NCBI GenBank assembly: GCA_964610775.1
Contig: CAZSZC010000002.1
Span: 33,600 to 97,599 of the forward strand
Direction: 5' to 3'
From: an uncultured Candidatus Saccharibacteria bacterium
GTDB taxonomy: Bacteria > Patescibacteriota > Saccharimonadia > Saccharimonadales > JACQNP01
Length of the DNA stretch: 64,000 bases
Under the pieces are notes generated by a model. The model searched no databases and was not told the DNA's origin. It worked only from the letters and a program-made list of their open reading frames with translations. Of the stretch, positions 18,194 through 28,709 are shown one piece after another (the first letter of the stretch is position 1; each line of letters begins with the position of its first letter). Made by a program: the position numbers and the translations under genes.

Positions 18194-19611
18194 GAGACGA
18201 TCTCCTCTGCTTTATTTGCTAGTGCTAGTAATCGACGATCTTGATTGCTGGCCGCCATAAGCTGCAAGCCGACAGGAAGCCCATTGATATTACCGGCTGG
18301 TATACTTACGGCTGGTATACCCACTAGATTCGCTGCAACAGTCATAATGTCTGTTAAATACATCTGTAAAGGATCTTCATTAGCGCCAATTTCGAAAGCA
18401 GTATTAGGTGCAGTCGGTCCAACCAAAAAGTCGTTAGTCCTAAATGCTTTAGCGAATTCAGATATTAACTTAGTGCGTACCTGCTGAGCCCTACGATAGT
18501 AGGCATCGTAGTATCCGCTACTTAAAACATACGTACCAATCATAATCCTTCTTTTAGCCTCATGACCAAAACCTTCGCTCCGCGACCATAGATAACTTTG
18601 CTCAAGATCCTTAGCCTTTGAGCTTGAATAACCGAAACGCTGTCCATCATAACGACTAAGATTACTACTGACCTCAGCTGGCATTATGACGTAATAGCAA
18701 GCTAGTGCACTTGGAAGCGATGGTAGACTAACTTCTTTTACCTCACAACCAGCCGACTCTAGTTCCTTAATAGCTAGCTCCACTTTAACCTTTACATCGG
18801 GATCGAGCCCTTCACCGAAATATTCCTTAATGACTCCTATCCGAGTACCTTTAAGTGCAATACCTAGATCAGTGTAGCTGGTCTCCGGCCGTTCTATAGT
18901 AGTCCCATCTAACAAATCACGGCCCGCCATGCAATCAAGAACAAGCGCTGCATCTTCAACACTACGAGTCAAAGGACCAATAACATCAGTACTACTAGCC
19001 ATAGCTACTACGCCAGAACGCGACACCAAGCCATAAGTAGGCTTTAATCCAACCGCACCACAATATGCAGCAGGCAAACGTATCGATCCACCGGTATCAG
19101 TTCCAAGTGCGAATGGTGCCATATCAAGGACTACTGCTGCCGCCGAGCCACCAGATGAACCTCCGGGAACGCGTTGTTTATCATGTGGGTTTTTAGTAAC
19201 CATAAAATCGCTATTCTCTGTACTTGATCCGTGTGCGAAGGCGTCCAAATTAGCCTTAGCTACACATATAGCTCCTTCGGCCTCTAATTTTTCAATTGCT
19301 GTTGCTTGATATGGTGCCTCGAATCCTTTTAGCATATTGCTTGCAGCAGTGGTTTCTGACCCAAATGTAAGGAAGTTATCTTTAGCAATAAAAGGTACGC
19401 CAGCTAACCTACCAACTCTACCATTAGCCTTAATCTTATCATCTATATCTTGAGCGCGCTTTAGTGCTCGCTTTTCGGTAGTAGCGATAACTGCATTGTA
19501 TTCTTTGTGTTTTTCAATAGTATTTAGTGCTTGATTTACCAAAGCAACAGCCGAGTACTCACCAGATTTCACACCATCAGCTATTAAAGCAATAGATTTC
19601 CATTGACTCAC
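18190..19611 (-). CDS. gatA: Asp/Glu-tRNA amidotransferase subunit A
   Basis: Amidase signature PGGSSGGSAA, GTDTGGSIRLPA, SSNLSRYDG, RRIMIGTYVLSSGYYDAYY. Confidence 0.97.
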   Translation of the reverse strand: MSQWKSIALIADGVKSGEYSAVALVNQALNTIEKHKEYNAVIATTEKRALKRAQDIDDKIKANGRVGRLAGVPFIAKDNFLTFGSETTAASNMLKGFEAPYQATAIEKLEAEGAICVAKANLDAFAHGSSTENSDFMVTKNPHDKQRVPGGSSGGSAAAVVLDMAPFALGTDTGGSIRLPAAYCGAVGLKPTYGLVSRSGVVAMASSTDVIGPLTRSVEDAALVLDCMAGRDLLDGTTIERPETSYTDLGIALKGTRIGVIKEYFGEGLDPDVKVKVELAIKELESAGCEVKEVSLPSLPSALACYYVIMPAEVSSNLSRYDGQRFGYSSSKAKDLEQSYLWSRSEGFGHEAKRRIMIGTYVLSSGYYDAYYRRAQQVRTKLISEFAKAFRTNDFLVGPTAPNTAFEIGANEDPLQMYLTDIMTVAANLVGIPAVSIPAGNINGLPVGLQLMAASNQDRRLLALANKAEEIVS

Positions 19612-19901
19612 TACAGCATTCTCCGTACTTTTATATAGCCTTTTTCTGTTCTGGGTACATTCTTTAACAAAGATTCCTTATCAAGACCATAATCAATTAC
19701 TTCATCAGGCCTGGTGACGGTATGTAGGCCAGTAACCTGATAAGTTGGCTCTATTCGATCAACGTCTACATTCTGAAGTTGAGTTGCATACTCCAATATA
19801 GCGCTTACTTCCTTCTGAAAGCGCACAATTTCATCTTCACTCAAATGCAAACGGGCTAAACGAGCCAAATTTAATATATCTTCGCGTGTGAGTTTCGCCA
19901 T
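19611..19901 (-). CDS. gatC: Asp/Glu-tRNA amidotransferase subunit C
   Basis: LARLARL...ILEY..QL..VD...EPT...RPD; directly upstream of gatA. Confidence 0.92.
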   Translation of the reverse strand: MAKLTREDILNLARLARLHLSEDEIVRFQKEVSAILEYATQLQNVDVDRIEPTYQVTGLHTVTRPDEVIDYGLDKESLLKNVPRTEKGYIKVRRML

Positions 19902-19994
19902 TTATAATTATTATACACCGATGTTAAACATTTAAGTTGCAGTTTTTAGAAAAAGTTCTATCATTAAGGTAAGCATTGAAATAGGACACAAACA

Positions 19995-21125
19995 ATGTCA
20001 AACACCGGGGAACGCGATCCAATAGACTTTATGCCAGACGGCTGGCGTCTACAATTAGTCCCAGAAATAGACAAGACACTACAAACACCCACAGAAGACG
20101 AAGTGGGTGTTTTTGATTTTTATGAGAGAGTCGAGTGGCTAAAAGCCAGTGCTGGTTTCCGTGAAAAGCCCACCCTGCTGTCGCAAGAATCATTTGTTGG
20201 TGGCTACTTAAAAAGATACGGCTTTGTCACCAATCTTGGCTACACCTATGATGCTACGGTTGGCATACCACTTAATCCCGCCACAAATATACCAACTCTT
20301 CAGACGAGCGCATGGGTAACTAGTAGTCACGGACACAACGAACATACATTGAGAAGGTTTGTAGAATCGGGATCACCTTTTATATTCGTTGGGCCAGAGG
20401 GAAGTTATAGACCAAATAGTAAATACCCAATACCAAAAGATGGTATCTCATTAGCAAGCTCAGCCGCAGCAGTACTTAACTTTAGTAAAGAAATATCTTT
20501 TGGCCACCAATACGACTTTGATCCAGCACTTCGTAGCGTGATCGGTGAGTCTAGGGGAGCTATGACTGCTATGGGAATACTGGCTTTGGATAGTGTATTT
20601 AATCAGGAAGTTATATTTGCCGACCTTACAGCTCCATGTTTCCCGCGTAAAGCCGAAATTCGTGATATTTTAAAACTATCAGGCCACCTAATAAGTGAAC
20701 CCAGATCCATACTCAAACTTGCCGGAAAACTAGGTCTATCAAGACTCATTCACTATCCATCAACAATAGATCCACATCCCTACTCTTTGGCGCATCAGAT
20801 AGCAATGGGCCCTGCACTTTTCAGTGGCGAAGCGGGGGACTTAGCGAGACTTATATCTAATGATAAGGTGTTACACATAACCTGCTTTGACGACGACTTC
20901 GCATCGATGCCTAAAGTGTGGAAAGATATTTTTGAAAACCATAATGATGTTCGAATTACTTTACTAGAAGGAAGCCATCTAACAATTGCAGATCCTGAAA
21001 CTCTGAAATACCTCGTGGCAAGAAACATGGCATTAAGACAACAGTTAGCATCGAATAGCAATCAAAACATAGATGGTCAAGCTATATTTGATTATGCCCA
21101 CCATATAGTGGACACAATTAGTTAA
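19995..21125 (+). CDS. Divergent alpha/beta-hydrolase fold protein
   Basis: Nucleophile elbow IGESRGAM (GxSxG), candidate acid in FDDDF, and C-terminal LEGSH histidine. Confidence 0.6.
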   Translation: MSNTGERDPIDFMPDGWRLQLVPEIDKTLQTPTEDEVGVFDFYERVEWLKASAGFREKPTLLSQESFVGGYLKRYGFVTNLGYTYDATVGIPLNPATNIPTLQTSAWVTSSHGHNEHTLRRFVESGSPFIFVGPEGSYRPNSKYPIPKDGISLASSAAAVLNFSKEISFGHQYDFDPALRSVIGESRGAMTAMGILALDSVFNQEVIFADLTAPCFPRKAEIRDILKLSGHLISEPRSILKLAGKLGLSRLIHYPSTIDPHPYSLAHQIAMGPALFSGEAGDLARLISNDKVLHITCFDDDFASMPKVWKDIFENHNDVRITLLEGSHLTIADPETLKYLVARNMALRQQLASNSNQNIDGQAIFDYAHHIVDTIS

Positions 21126-21954
21126 GCCTTACCGAAGCTTGACTGACGTCATTTTGGTCAGGGCCTCTAAACGGCCTCGAATAGCGATCTATTTCACCTC
21201 CATCAGAAGAAATACGTACCAAATCCCCACTCCATCCTTCCCATACCAAGGCAAAATCAGCATCTTTTTCAGTAGCAAGATATAAGCGCTTGCCGTCGTT
21301 TGAAAATCGACTTTCGAAGTTTTCGAATGGTCGATGAAAGTGGCCATTAATTAATAGTTTATTTAATCCACTTAGTGCAACGTTTTCGTCAACCAAAATT
21401 TCAACATCCTGTATCTGTTCTGGTATATAACTCCCCTCAATATAGTATCGATTATCATTTAGCCGGACATCGTTACGATACTCAAGTTGCTCTCTCTGTG
21501 ACCGCCAATCTTCCGAAGTAACTCCACCATGTATCACAAGCACGTCTTCAGTTTCAAAAAACATATCTGCACCAAGCAAGAGGTCCTTATGGTTATTAGG
21601 CATCTTGTCAATAAGTCTTAGGGCATTAGCTGGCGAAGCCAAATCAGGGTAAACGCCATAGGAAGACAACACTCTGTCATGAACTCTAGGCCATAACGAA
21701 GCAGCAAAGTCATAACGAACCGATTCATCAGTCTCAAAAGTAGTACCGAGTAGACCCCACTCGTGATTACCAAGAATTAAGAGAGCACCGATATCACAGA
21801 CTGCCTGAATTGCACCTTTTGAGTTATTCCCATCCAGTATATCGCCATCGATTATAAGCCTTTTACTAGACCTGTAGAAATCATCAATGGCATAAAGTAA
21901 CTCTGGTCGTCCATGGTTATCTGAAACTACTACTATCTGATCCAAATTGGTCAT
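21118..21954 (-). CDS. Calcineurin-like metallophosphoesterase (PPP/ApaH-like)
   Basis: SDNHG, GDILDG, LGNHE, IHGG, NGHFH. Confidence 0.85.
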   Translation of the reverse strand: MTNLDQIVVVSDNHGRPELLYAIDDFYRSSKRLIIDGDILDGNNSKGAIQAVCDIGALLILGNHEWGLLGTTFETDESVRYDFAASLWPRVHDRVLSSYGVYPDLASPANALRLIDKMPNNHKDLLLGADMFFETEDVLVIHGGVTSEDWRSQREQLEYRNDVRLNDNRYYIEGSYIPEQIQDVEILVDENVALSGLNKLLINGHFHRPFENFESRFSNDGKRLYLATEKDADFALVWEGWSGDLVRISSDGGEIDRYSRPFRGPDQNDVSQASVRLN

Positions 21955-22006
21955 AGCAAATTAGTTATACGCCTTTATTTGCCAAAATTCAATGAATATT
22001 TTTTCA

Positions 22007-23971
22007 CTAAAGTTTTGATTGGATATCCGAAATTATATCTCGCAGCTCGGCGGCCTTTTCAAATTCTAAATTAGCCGCTGCTAAGTCCATTTGACCTGTC
22101 AGGTCTTTAATCAATTGACCGTATTCGTCCTTGGGTATTTTCTTGAGATTAAGCTTGGCTCGTTTGACTTCTTCCGGCAGATCAGGTCGCATACCTTTTT
22201 CGATGGTTTTTGCGATACCCTTAGGTGATATACCGTGCTTTTTATTATATTCTTCTTGCACCTTGCGACGACGAGTTGTCTCATCAATAGTTCGTTGCAT
22301 ACTACCAGTAACATGATCGGCATACATAATAACTCGACCCTCCTGATGACGAGCAGCCCTACCTACAGTCTGAATTAAAGCCTGTTCGCTTCGCAAGAAT
22401 CCCTCTTTGTCGGCATCCAAAATAGCAACCAAACTAACCTCGGGCAAGTCTAGCCCTTCCCTTAGTAGATTAATTCCGACTACAACATCGTAAGTACCTA
22501 GCCGAAGATCTCGCAAAATGTCTGTCCGATCAAGCGTGTCAACATCACTATGAAGATAGGCAACTTTGACCCCCAGTTCTTTCAAATAATCCGTTAAATC
22601 CTCGGACATACGCTTAGTGAGAGTAGTAACTAGCACACGTTGATGCTTGGAAACCGTATCTCTAATTTCGTCTATAAGGTCATCAACTTGCCCATCAACA
22701 GGACGCACGTCTATCGGTGGATCAAGAAGACCTGTAGGACGAATAACTTGTTCTACAGGTGCTGGTGAACGCGACAACTCATATTCAGCTGGCGTAGCAC
22801 TTACGTAGACTACTTTATTAACATGTTTCTCAAACTCAGTGAATGTCAGTGGACGATTATCGAGGGCGCTTGGTAATCGAAAACCATGCTCCACCAGCAC
22901 CTCTTTACGCGCACGATCGCCGTTATACATACCACGCAATTGCGGAATAGTCATATGAGATTCGTCGACAAACATCAAATAGTCATCTGGGAAATAATCT
23001 AGTAACGTAGCTGGCTGTTCGCCTGGCTCGCGATGGGTAAGATAACGACTATAATTCTCGATACCCTTTACAAAACCCGTCTCTTCCATCATTTCGATAT
23101 CAAAACGAGCCCGCTGCTGCAAGCGCTGTGCCTCCAGCAACAAGCCGTGCTTTTTAAAGTAGGCAAGTCTATCGTCTAGCTCCTTCTCGATTTCAATTAT
23201 CGCAAACTTAAGCTTGTCCTGAGGTGTTACATAATGACTGCTTGGAAATATCTTTAGCGTACTAAGTTTGCCAAGCACTTCGCCAGTTAATGGATCAAGT
23301 CGAATTATTCTTTCAATTTCATCACCGAAAAGTTCAATCCTGTAGGCTAATTCTTCTCCTGCCGGAAATACATCAATAACGTCACCCCTTACCCGAAATG
23401 TTCCTCGATGAAAATCAATATCATTGCGTTGATATTGTATATCTGTTAGTTGCCTAAGAAGTTTGTCCCTAACGCGTCGCTCTCCAACACTAAGCTTAAC
23501 TGCCATAGAATCATAGTCATCAACCGAACCAATACCATATATACAACTTACGCTAGCCACAATTATCACATCACGACGCGATAATAACGAGTCAGTAGCT
23601 GCATGGCGTAGTCGATCAATCTCTTCATTAATCTGACTATCTTTTTCGATATATGTGTCGCTCCGAGGTATATATGCCTCGGGCTGGTAATAGTCGAAAT
23701 AACTTACAAAATAGTGAACCGCGTTATTTGGGAAGAATTGCTTGAATTCACCGTAGAGTTGAGCTGCTAAAGTTTTGTTATGACTCAAAATAAGCGTTGG
23801 TTTCTGCTGCGCCTGTATCACGTTTGCCATCGTGAAAGTTTTACCCGACCCAGTAACACCGAGTAAAGTCTGTTCTTTTACATTAGCCTCAAGTTGACTA
23901 ACTAACCGCTTAATTGCCTTTGGCTGATCTCCAGTTGGCTTGTAATCACTCTTTAACTTAAAATGGGCCAT
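22007..23971 (-). CDS. uvrB: Excinuclease ABC subunit B
   Basis: [39 protein letters not shown] and a C-terminal UVR domain. Confidence 0.98.
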   Translation of the reverse strand: MAHFKLKSDYKPTGDQPKAIKRLVSQLEANVKEQTLLGVTGSGKTFTMANVIQAQQKPTLILSHNKTLAAQLYGEFKQFFPNNAVHYFVSYFDYYQPEAYIPRSDTYIEKDSQINEEIDRLRHAATDSLLSRRDVIIVASVSCIYGIGSVDDYDSMAVKLSVGERRVRDKLLRQLTDIQYQRNDIDFHRGTFRVRGDVIDVFPAGEELAYRIELFGDEIERIIRLDPLTGEVLGKLSTLKIFPSSHYVTPQDKLKFAIIEIEKELDDRLAYFKKHGLLLEAQRLQQRARFDIEMMEETGFVKGIENYSRYLTHREPGEQPATLLDYFPDDYLMFVDESHMTIPQLRGMYNGDRARKEVLVEHGFRLPSALDNRPLTFTEFEKHVNKVVYVSATPAEYELSRSPAPVEQVIRPTGLLDPPIDVRPVDGQVDDLIDEIRDTVSKHQRVLVTTLTKRMSEDLTDYLKELGVKVAYLHSDVDTLDRTDILRDLRLGTYDVVVGINLLREGLDLPEVSLVAILDADKEGFLRSEQALIQTVGRAARHQEGRVIMYADHVTGSMQRTIDETTRRRKVQEEYNKKHGISPKGIAKTIEKGMRPDLPEEVKRAKLNLKKIPKDEYGQLIKDLTGQMDLAAANLEFEKAAELRDIISDIQSKL

Positions 23972-23989
23972 CTAACTATTGTATCAAGC

Positions 23990-24631
23990 TTAGCCCTTAC
24001 GGTCTTTACTGTGCTTTATTATGGGTCGCCCGTACTCATCACAGTCATCATTGAGATACCAACAAGCTGCAAGAACTTTAGTATCCATGTCTTTGTAATC
24101 TCGGTCTAGTCTAGAAATAACTTTTTCAACTAACTTTTCTGGGTCACTATCATAGATAACATTATCTCGATTAACCCCTTCAAGATTTTCCATCAAAATC
24201 TCTATCATATCTGCAGTTCCATCACTACCGGTTAAAATACCGCATATAGTATTGCTCTCCAAAGCCGTCGTGAATTCATGAAGACTTCCCATACGCCCAC
24301 CAATCGTAATAACAGCATCACTAGACAATACAAGATAGGCATCACGACCAACGTAATTAAGGCCTGTGTAATTAACAAAATCAAATATACCTATTGGCAG
24401 ACGATACTTAAAGATATGTTCACGAAGTGTTGATGCCGGTGAGAAGCCAATGCTTAGTCCGCCTTCAAGCTTAGCAGCTCGAGCAGCGTAGTAGGGTAAG
24501 CCAATCGTAGCCCCGGTGGTAATTATGTGACCATTTTTCGCGATTGCAGCACCAAGCCTTGCAGCTAAATCTTTATCCTTTTCAACCGTCTTGCCTGCCG
24601 CTGCACCAGATACACATATAGAGTAATTCAT
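23990..24631 (-). CDS. LOG/SLOG family protein (TIGR00725-like)
   Basis: ICVSGAA, TTGATIG, GR...V.SSDAVITIGGRMGSLHE. Confidence 0.8.
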   Translation of the reverse strand: MNYSICVSGAAAGKTVEKDKDLAARLGAAIAKNGHIITTGATIGLPYYAARAAKLEGGLSIGFSPASTLREHIFKYRLPIGIFDFVNYTGLNYVGRDAYLVLSSDAVITIGGRMGSLHEFTTALESNTICGILTGSDGTADMIEILMENLEGVNRDNVIYDSDPEKLVEKVISRLDRDYKDMDTKVLAACWYLNDDCDEYGRPIIKHSKDRKG

Positions 24632-24686
24632 ATCGATTAAGCTTTTCCCTTTGAGAATATTGTACGGGTTTTAAGATAATTTGCCA

Positions 24687-25916
24687 CTATATATCCCCCA
24701 CCACCTGATCTGACTCCAACTGAGACTTAACCTGGTAATTGAGGGCGTCTGTACCCAAATACCTTATAAATAGCTCGTTCCATAAACTATTTTGCATATG
24801 TCCATAAGTACGAGATGGGTAGCTTATATTGTTAATTAAGTTAACAGCAACATCCATCAAATTAAAGCTAATTGGAGCACCGTCTCTTACTACACCCACA
24901 AAGTCCATTCCAGCCCAGAAATGCAGTGCTGGCTCAATCTTATATAAAATATCTTCAGCCTTCCGCGCAAAAAGATCTTCGGGACGAATATGAGGTTCAA
25001 AAAAGTCTGGATGACTATCTGTGTCTTGGTTGCCATAGTAATTGTGAATAACTCGCCAATGCAAATGCTGACCAGCCATATTAATATGCCGGGCTGGATC
25101 GCGATTTATTGTGTCAGATATAATGCTGCCAAATTGCGGTTTAACTTGCTGTAGTTTGAAATACGAACTATATGCTCTTACCTCGTTAAGGTAGAACAGC
25201 AAACGAGGAAGTAAAGTTATTGTTACACCATCGAGGTGAGTCATAGGAAGCGGCAATAACGCAACTACACCCATCTCTTTCAAATGAGTGATATTTTGAT
25301 GTTTTTTTTCCACAAACTTAAAGGTTTGATTTCCCCACTTACGACCATCAAGCAATAAGAATGCTACATCGCGAGTTTCGAAATCGTTTGGCTGCAGATT
25401 ACTGTATTTCTTCACAAATGCGCGCTGCCAATCTAATGTCTCAATGAAGCGCACACCTATCATCAATTCATCAATATTTTCTCGTTTGAGTAATGAGTCT
25501 ACAGATCTATAGCCCAATTGCTTCATAACTTTCTTTGGTGGAGTAGATTTCAGCAACCTTTTTATGACACTATGCTTAATAACCCAAACCGATTTAGGTA
25601 TATTTATAACTTCAACGAAATGCTTAATTCTAGGTAGAAGATCGGCAATATCTCCTGTGTTGCTGCCGCCTAACCTTTTTACGAGAAACTTGTCATGTAG
25701 TGCAGCCAGATCAAGTAAGCCGTAATATAACTCTTCGCCGGTCGTATCATCGGGGTCAAAGCCTAAGGCTCTAGTATGCATGTGAACTTTGGCAATAATC
25801 TCGGCAGTCAGTGCTACATCAATACCCAGACCACCACTAGCCTGCTCGAGTTGTTGTACTTGCAGGCTAAAAAGTTGTTCCGCACTACCCACCAAATGGG
25901 ACAACATTTTGGACAT
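24687..25916 (-). CDS. Conserved hypothetical protein
   Basis: Long ORF with normal composition; likely start MSKMLSHL at 25916; no recognisable motif. Confidence 0.7.
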   Translation of the reverse strand: MSKMLSHLVGSAEQLFSLQVQQLEQASGGLGIDVALTAEIIAKVHMHTRALGFDPDDTTGEELYYGLLDLAALHDKFLVKRLGGSNTGDIADLLPRIKHFVEVINIPKSVWVIKHSVIKRLLKSTPPKKVMKQLGYRSVDSLLKRENIDELMIGVRFIETLDWQRAFVKKYSNLQPNDFETRDVAFLLLDGRKWGNQTFKFVEKKHQNITHLKEMGVVALLPLPMTHLDGVTITLLPRLLFYLNEVRAYSSYFKLQQVKPQFGSIISDTINRDPARHINMAGQHLHWRVIHNYYGNQDTDSHPDFFEPHIRPEDLFARKAEDILYKIEPALHFWAGMDFVGVVRDGAPISFNLMDVAVNLINNISYPSRTYGHMQNSLWNELFIRYLGTDALNYQVKSQLESDQVVGDI

Positions 25917-25999
25917 ATATACCACAAGCATAACACCGGTACAGTCCTAGGTAAAGCTTATGCTTGCACCAGCTGCTAAAATTCTTTAAAGTCACAGTA

Positions 26000-26707
26000 A
26001 TGTCCGCAGTTGAAGTCATAGAACCACCTATTTTGCATGAGCCCAGTCATTACGTAGCAATCGAGGCCGCTAATCACTTTAATAAAGCCGATAGATTATC
26101 TGATTGGCGAGGTAAAGTAGTGTGTTTACTGGGACCAGCCATAGCCTGTTTACCAGACAACCCAATTACCTGCGGCATTACACTTCACGGCATCGATACA
26201 GATAGGCGAGATGGCCGAAGGGCTCGCATGGGCGCAGCCCTACTTGGACCGAACGCAACAACAACTAAAGAAGGCGCAGCCAAAGATCATGAGAATGACA
26301 AAGAATTTGTAAATAACCTATTACCTGCTATTGCTGCAAAAGACATTGTTAGTGGTCGAAGAATCACTGCCGCTATAGTGACTAGTGCTGCCTTAATTAA
26401 CGTAAAACGTGACGAAAAAATGGCTAGTACTCGAGCAATGGCAAGCAAATATGGACTAGATACAAAAGCTATATTTATAAACAAATTTAAAACTGGTAGC
26501 ATTATGGCTGGCATAGGCCTCGATACAGTTCCTTTATATGGTAGATTTAAAAAATACGAGCGAATCAAGCCCATAGTACGAACAGCATTAATAGCTGGTG
26601 GGGTTGCAATTGGTGTTATAGGTCAAAGAGTGTATGAAAAACAGGTTCAGGAACAATTGCCAGAACACTCAAAAACAAAATTAAATAGATACTTTAATCC
26701 TTATTAG
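26000..26707 (+). CDS. Divergent CDP-alcohol phosphatidyltransferase (PgsA-like)
   Basis: D..DG..AR...T..GA..D...DK signature (DTDRRDGRRAR...TKEGAAKDHENDK), plus RD....R and K.KT motifs. Confidence 0.65.
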   Translation: MSAVEVIEPPILHEPSHYVAIEAANHFNKADRLSDWRGKVVCLLGPAIACLPDNPITCGITLHGIDTDRRDGRRARMGAALLGPNATTTKEGAAKDHENDKEFVNNLLPAIAAKDIVSGRRITAAIVTSAALINVKRDEKMASTRAMASKYGLDTKAIFINKFKTGSIMAGIGLDTVPLYGRFKKYERIKPIVRTALIAGGVAIGVIGQRVYEKQVQEQLPEHSKTKLNRYFNPY

Positions 26708-26714
26708 TCTTGGC

Positions 26715-27716
26715 CTAGAATTTTTCCGGGCGATACCACTCAGGAGCCTGCTTCAAGAAATCTTCTAACTGATCTTCGGTTAGTAACCCTTCTTGAGCAC
26801 CAGTATGCTGTACAACATTCATGGAATTAATTGGCGCCATCTGTAGTGCGCCTTCAACAGTGTTCCCCTTAATAAGTGACGCAACAAAGGTGCTAGCAAA
26901 CGCATCACCAGCCCCTGTGCGCTCAAATGGTGGTGCAGGATCAGGATAAGGTGGCATCTTGAAGCGATTATGACCATCGCTAGCATAAGCTCCAGCAGGT
27001 CCGTCCGTAAGACAAACTACCTTAGGGCCAATGCCATGCAATTTATCTATCAAGCCATGTACGTCATCATAATTACCACCAGTGACCTGAACCGCTTCTT
27101 CCCTATTTAATACAAGTACTTCTGTGCGTTGATATAGTCTGCTGAGGCGATCAACTCCTGCTTCTAGTTGGAAAGTGCCTGGCTGAAAGGCGAGTTTAAC
27201 ATCAGGATTATCTTGTAACCAATCCGAAACCTTATCATGGTAGCTGTCCAACGCATTCTTGCTTATCGAGCTGAAGTAAACCCACTTTGGGATGTCGGTT
27301 GACCGAAATCTTGGCCAATGATAATCATACTCTTCGTGCTTGATAAGAATTGTTCGCTCTTCCTTGTACCAAAGTACGTAGTGATAATTACTAATCTTGC
27401 CCGGGTTAATGTGAACAAACCTGTTGTCGACTTTTTTCTTATGCAGCGCGTTTATTATATCGCGACCAAACTGATCATCACCAACATTAGATATTAAACC
27501 GCTTTTAAGTCCTAATTTCGACAAACTAACTGCGGCATTAGCGGCGTTGCCGACTGCTTCAATAACTTCAGCATGATCAAATGGTACTTTCATACCAAAA
27601 GGCATGGCCAGCCATTTGCCCTGTTCGTTTTCGTAAGTCATCGCCCGATCGTCAAGCAACTTAATAAAGGCATCGGTCACAACATCACCTATGCAAAGTA
27701 CATCTATTTGACTCAT
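26715..27716 (-). CDS. PfkB-family carbohydrate kinase
   Basis: GNAANAAVSLSKLG, NREEA, TDGPAGAY, ERTGAGDAF. Confidence 0.92.
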   Translation of the reverse strand: MSQIDVLCIGDVVTDAFIKLLDDRAMTYENEQGKWLAMPFGMKVPFDHAEVIEAVGNAANAAVSLSKLGLKSGLISNVGDDQFGRDIINALHKKKVDNRFVHINPGKISNYHYVLWYKEERTILIKHEEYDYHWPRFRSTDIPKWVYFSSISKNALDSYHDKVSDWLQDNPDVKLAFQPGTFQLEAGVDRLSRLYQRTEVLVLNREEAVQVTGGNYDDVHGLIDKLHGIGPKVVCLTDGPAGAYASDGHNRFKMPPYPDPAPPFERTGAGDAFASTFVASLIKGNTVEGALQMAPINSMNVVQHTGAQEGLLTEDQLEDFLKQAPEWYRPEKF

Positions 27717-27785
27717 CCCACCGCTCTTTCTGTATAAATGCTTATGGTTTTATGATATTGTGCCATACCAATCATGTGAGTTCAA

Positions 27786-28697
27786 CTAAACTTTGGCTTT
27801 ACCCACCGCGTTAAACAAATCTAATTTCTCTTCAACCACTAACTGGACGGCACTAATAACTTCACCCATGAGCTTAACTACTGCGTATTCTGATGGATTT
27901 TCCTTAAGTACTTTTTCTAGAGTGTTTCGGTAAGCTACCCGCATATCACTATTTATATTAATCTTGCTAACACCTACTTTTACTGCTTCTTGAAAATAAA
28001 ATCCTGGCGTTCCACTGCCACCATGAAGCGAAATATTACAAGTTGTAGCCTTTCTAAGATCTCTAAGTAAATCAATATCAAGCTTCTTAGGAACAGGATA
28101 CTTGCCATGCAAATTACCGATGGCTGCCGCATATGTATCTATGCCCGTAGCTTCCACAAACGACCTCATATCTTCTGGTGTACTAAAAGTCTTCTTTATC
28201 TCATTGTAGTCAATTTTTTCAGTATGAAGATTTGATGAACCACCAAAGTAGTGTGGTTCACTCTCAACAATAGCGCCAGTTAGTCGTGCATATTCAACTA
28301 CTTGACGTGTTTCAGTAATAATCTCATCTAAAGTAGCGTCTCGACGAGCCTGGCTTATATCGATATGAATAAACTCAAAACCAGCCTCAATACCAGCAAT
28401 AGCAGCAGCTACTGTTGGACTATGATCAAGATTAATGTAGATCTCGATACCTAATTCTTGTTTATAGTTGTCGACCATGTCTCGAACATTTTCAAGCCCC
28501 AAAGCATCAACTTCACCCTGACTAACCTCTACCATCAATGGAGCCTGCTTAGCTGCCGCTGCTCGTGCGATAGCTATAAGCGTATCCTGGTTATCAATAT
28601 TAAACGCGCCTAAGGCGAAATGCTCAGTACGTGCCCTGTGCATAGCATCACGGGCCTGCTGACAATTTCTTCTCATTTGTTCCAAGCTTAATGCCAC
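27786..28697 (-). CDS. fba: Class II fructose-bisphosphate aldolase
   Basis: GAFN, NLDH, AIGNLHG, SLHGGSG, KININSD. Confidence 0.9.
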   Translation of the reverse strand: MALSLEQMRRNCQQARDAMHRARTEHFALGAFNIDNQDTLIAIARAAAAKQAPLMVEVSQGEVDALGLENVRDMVDNYKQELGIEIYINLDHSPTVAAAIAGIEAGFEFIHIDISQARRDATLDEIITETRQVVEYARLTGAIVESEPHYFGGSSNLHTEKIDYNEIKKTFSTPEDMRSFVEATGIDTYAAAIGNLHGKYPVPKKLDIDLLRDLRKATTCNISLHGGSGTPGFYFQEAVKVGVSKININSDMRVAYRNTLEKVLKENPSEYAVVKLMGEVISAVQLVVEEKLDLFNAVGKAKV

Positions 28698-28709
28698 AAC
28701 TCTCTCCTT

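Noticed and set aside
23990-25916. SLOG protein plus unknown ORF as an anti-phage system
   Set aside because: The SLOG protein looks like the stand-alone housekeeping TIGR00725/LOG type, and no effector, sensor or nuclease motifs are visible in the neighbour.
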